This document shows, piece after piece, positions 60,561 through 64,000 of a stretch of 64,000 nt of DNA; the stretch's first letter is position 1, and the number at the start of each line of letters is the position of its first letter. The notes beneath the pieces are model-generated. The model had not been told where the DNA came from, ran no database searches, and saw only the letters and a list, made by a program, of their open reading frames with translations. This stretch comes from Antedon mediterranea (taxonomy: Eukaryota > Animalia > Echinodermata), in assembly GCF_964355755.1 (NCBI RefSeq), contig NC_092672.1:34354437-34418436 (forward strand), given 5' to 3'. Position numbers and translations under genes: made by a program.

Positions 60561-63500
60561 GTAGGTTATGTATGTATGATAATCAGTGCTTGATTGTGTT
60601 TATTTGCAGAGTGTTTATATTATTGATATTTTGTGAACGAACTGTTTCTTGTGGCGATGTTATGCGACTGCCTGACTTCTTCGTTGCTGCTGGTGGTGGG
60701 CAAATTGCCAGTTGATTGATGATGAATGGACCAAACAATATTTTGCCTAGCTAGGCCTAGGCCGACTGTAGTTCTTGTTTTGTTTTTAGTTTTTATTAAA
60801 TTGAAGTTCTAAATATACATTCAATAAACGCAATTTGTTGTTACTATACAATAGGCCTACTCTACTATTATACTCTGCCTAGTACTTAGTAATAGTATAA
60901 TTGATATGATAATTAAAGGAGAAAAAACAGGTGGTCCTGGTGGTAACGAGAGACAGTACAGTCTGAGTACATAAAGACTGTGTATGTGGCCTATACAATT
61001 TAGCCTACTGTAGGCTTTTGATGAAATAATATTATTTATAGACCAAACATGGAAAGGAACCCAACCTAAACGTTGCCTATTTAGTACTGACTTTGTTTTG
61101 TGATTTTTTTTGTTTTGTTTGTAAATTATTAAATTTCTTTTACAGTACTGTAACTTTAGTCTTTATTCCGATAACTAATTAATAATTAATTAATTAATTA
61201 ATTAACTTCACTTAATAATTATTTGTTAAAATTCAGTGTAACCATTACATTTACTCAGTGGACTCGTCTCAGTGGATTCGTCTTATCGCATTCAAACTGA
61301 TCATCTATTTTTTTCCTCAGCTAAACTTTATTGTTAATGTCCAAAGATACTATACTGTAGCAGAAACACAAAAATAACAAAATCGACTTTACCTATTCAC
61401 TCGGATGACATACATTAAAAAAAACTTGAGAATTAACCATTATTAACATCAAAATATTTTAATAACAAATTATCTGCTTGGCAAAGTATCAAATGAATAA
61501 CATTAAATCATCTTACATAATTATCAATATGTAGACAAAATGTTAAACAGGATTGAACTAGATTGATAATTATTAAAACAAATGATGATGTGATATGTTT
61601 GAGACTCCGTTTTCAGACTTTTTCTGTTGTCTTGGTCAATTTGTTTGGTTTGTTAGGCTTTTTCCTTTTTTTTTTAACAATAAAACTTTCTTTTTACACA
61701 TTGTGTTATACAGCGTATAGAGACTGTTTGTATTTTGTGCTATACAAATTTATTAACATTCATAATCAAATTAAACCTACACAATTTGTCAGTGCTGTGT
61801 AGTGAACGGTCTGACCAAGGAAGAATAAAATTACACTCTTCTCTGGTCTGGGCAATGATTTTAAAATCACTGCATGAAAAATGGACATAAAAGAACAGTC
61901 ACAATGTAATATACATGAATTACTTTGCTATACTTCCCAGGGGCTAGACCTTCGAGAATCAAAACACTAATGTAGTATCCCTCCGTCTAACCTCTTACCT
62001 GTACAACTGTGTTTTACTCTTAAAGAGATTGTGTTAAACGCAGTCTGTAATTGTTTGTCTAATTTACCTCCTCGTTAAAGCATGGCCATCATGTCTACAC
62101 TGCAGTCGAAATGTCATCATTTTAATATCAATACCTAATATTCCTTTTTACTTTAGGCTCTTTGTTTTCTACTTCATCAGGATGCAACATTATGATTGAT
62201 TCTACCATTTATTTGTTTTTTCATAAATTTGTCCTTAAAGGTCATTTTCTTAAAAGCTACTGTTAAGTACAGTATTCTTCACTAGCGTCACAATGCCTTT
62301 AAGCTTTATAATGTTTACAATGTAATATACATTAAATACACATTAATTACTTTTTTTACCTATAAAATATAATTTTAGTGTTTTTAATCTGAAGCTGGTT
62401 TTTTCCAGCTAGATTTACCGAAAAAAAATTTCTTCTGGTAAGAAAGAAATTGACTTTTTAAAGCTTTTTTAGTGGTACTGTAGGCAAACACACACATAAA
62501 AACAAAGGATATATGATTGATAAAAAGTACAATCCCCGCATTTTTAAATTTTATTTCATATTACCGGTATTTTATTTCAATTACTATACACGCAACAGTG
62601 ATTGCAAGTGTAATATACACCTGTACATATTAAAACCACATCACAAAGGGTACAAAATATTTTTTACCTTTTTATACAGTATTCACACTACAGTACATTG
62701 ATTAGATAATTCTTATGATCATCAACTCTGAGTTGGTACCTTCCTTAATTAATCCAAAATTAATTTCTAAATTTGGGAAAACATTGATTCTGTGCAATAG
62801 CATTTCTTGCCCTATATCACATTTGATTGCATTTTAATATCACCCTTTTATTACTGATTACATTTGAATATTAATAATTCAATTTGTTATTGCTACAGTA
62901 ATTTAGAAGTGAGTGTAATGATTACATGTATGTACCAATGATGAAAATGTGATTTATTTATTATAGTATCTACTCGTTCCAAAATTGAAATAAGTATTGG
63001 ATTATTAAAGTTGATGGCAAGTGAAGTTATGTAGGTTATTAGAGTAACTGTATGTACTGTAATATGAATGTATTATACTTTCTGACTTGATTTTAATAAT
63101 TATGGTGATATGACCAATATATGACAGAAGGGAGCACACACTGTACAAACATGAAATTAATCATCGTAATCATTAGTATCCTTATCAATTTCTTTACTGT
63201 TGTCATCATTGTTATGACAACCACCAATCTGACCCCTGACCTATTCACCTAGTTTTTTATCCTTTCATGCCCAAACAAAAGCCTTTTCTTCACTATGTAG
63301 TTAAATACAATTCTTTTATTTATCAAGAAATACTATTTTTATTATAGCAATAGAGAAATTATCGTGTTAAAGCTACTTATGTCAACTGTACAGAATTATA
63401 GCTAGTAACAATAGATTTGGTTAAAATGTTATTGAAAAAGGGAAACAATAGATCTGTTGTAAACTGATCGGATGTAATCAATAATTCTACCTTTGAGGCT

Positions 63501-64000
63501 ATTATTAATTATTTTAGATTAAGATTTCTATCCAGCATTTTCTACTACTACTACTACTACTACTATTACTACATTTAAGTATTTTTCTGTTGGTTGCGCT
63601 TTTCATAATGGACGGTAAATTAATTACAAAATGTTTAAGTAACCATGACTGTGATTAGAATAGCAAAACAATACATTATTTTCATTCTATTTTCTAGGGA
63701 TATGCACACAGATTAAATTATGCATGAACGTTTTCCCAGATTTACAAAATGTTGCTCAGAAAATATTTTCCTAAAATTTGTGAGCTTTTTAATGTTATAT
63801 ATTTATATAAAAATGTATTTCTTTAAAAAAAATTTTTTTTATAATAATTAGCAAACTTATTAATTTTAAACATGCGATTAAATTGACTATAAAAATAAGG
63901 ATTGTTTACATAACAAATTTCAAAGAATGGTTGGTAAATCTACTTATTAAATTAAAAATGATAAAAATATTAACAGTAGGTCTTTTAAGCGCCCAACAAT

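Noticed and set aside
60600-64000. Short ORFs 61563-61802 and 62513-62701
   Set aside because: AT-rich low-complexity translations without splice or homology support; probably intron.

Overview
AT-rich, intron-rich animal genomic DNA (invertebrate-like; species cannot be determined from the window). It carries three spliced + strand genes: the 3' part of an OSBP gene (FFAT motif plus ORD domain, CDS 5121-11998), a complete PHF12 (PHD-PHD-FHA, 18909-31260) and a BAIAP3/Munc13-4-like gene (C2A-MUN-C2B, 33734-58656). A probable promoter and first non-coding exon of a fourth gene lies near 60.4 kb. The introns are full of mobile DNA: about 22 copies of one PIF/Harbinger-like MITE with 21-bp internal repeats, other MITEs, tRNA-derived SINEs, LINE fragments, and an intact Rex1/Babar-like LINE nested inside a MITE. 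The most notable unexplained signals are: a minimal type I hammerhead ribozyme in a dispersed repeat (intact-core copy at 3458-3503 on -, mutated copy near 7865 on +); a signal-peptide-like leader plus YxxxxL motif on the LINE ORF; a MITE carrying about 100 bp that also occurs 15 kb away; two GC-AG introns; a 183-aa insertion in the C2A domain; and a perfect 36-bp inverted repeat. Exon boundaries were read by hand.
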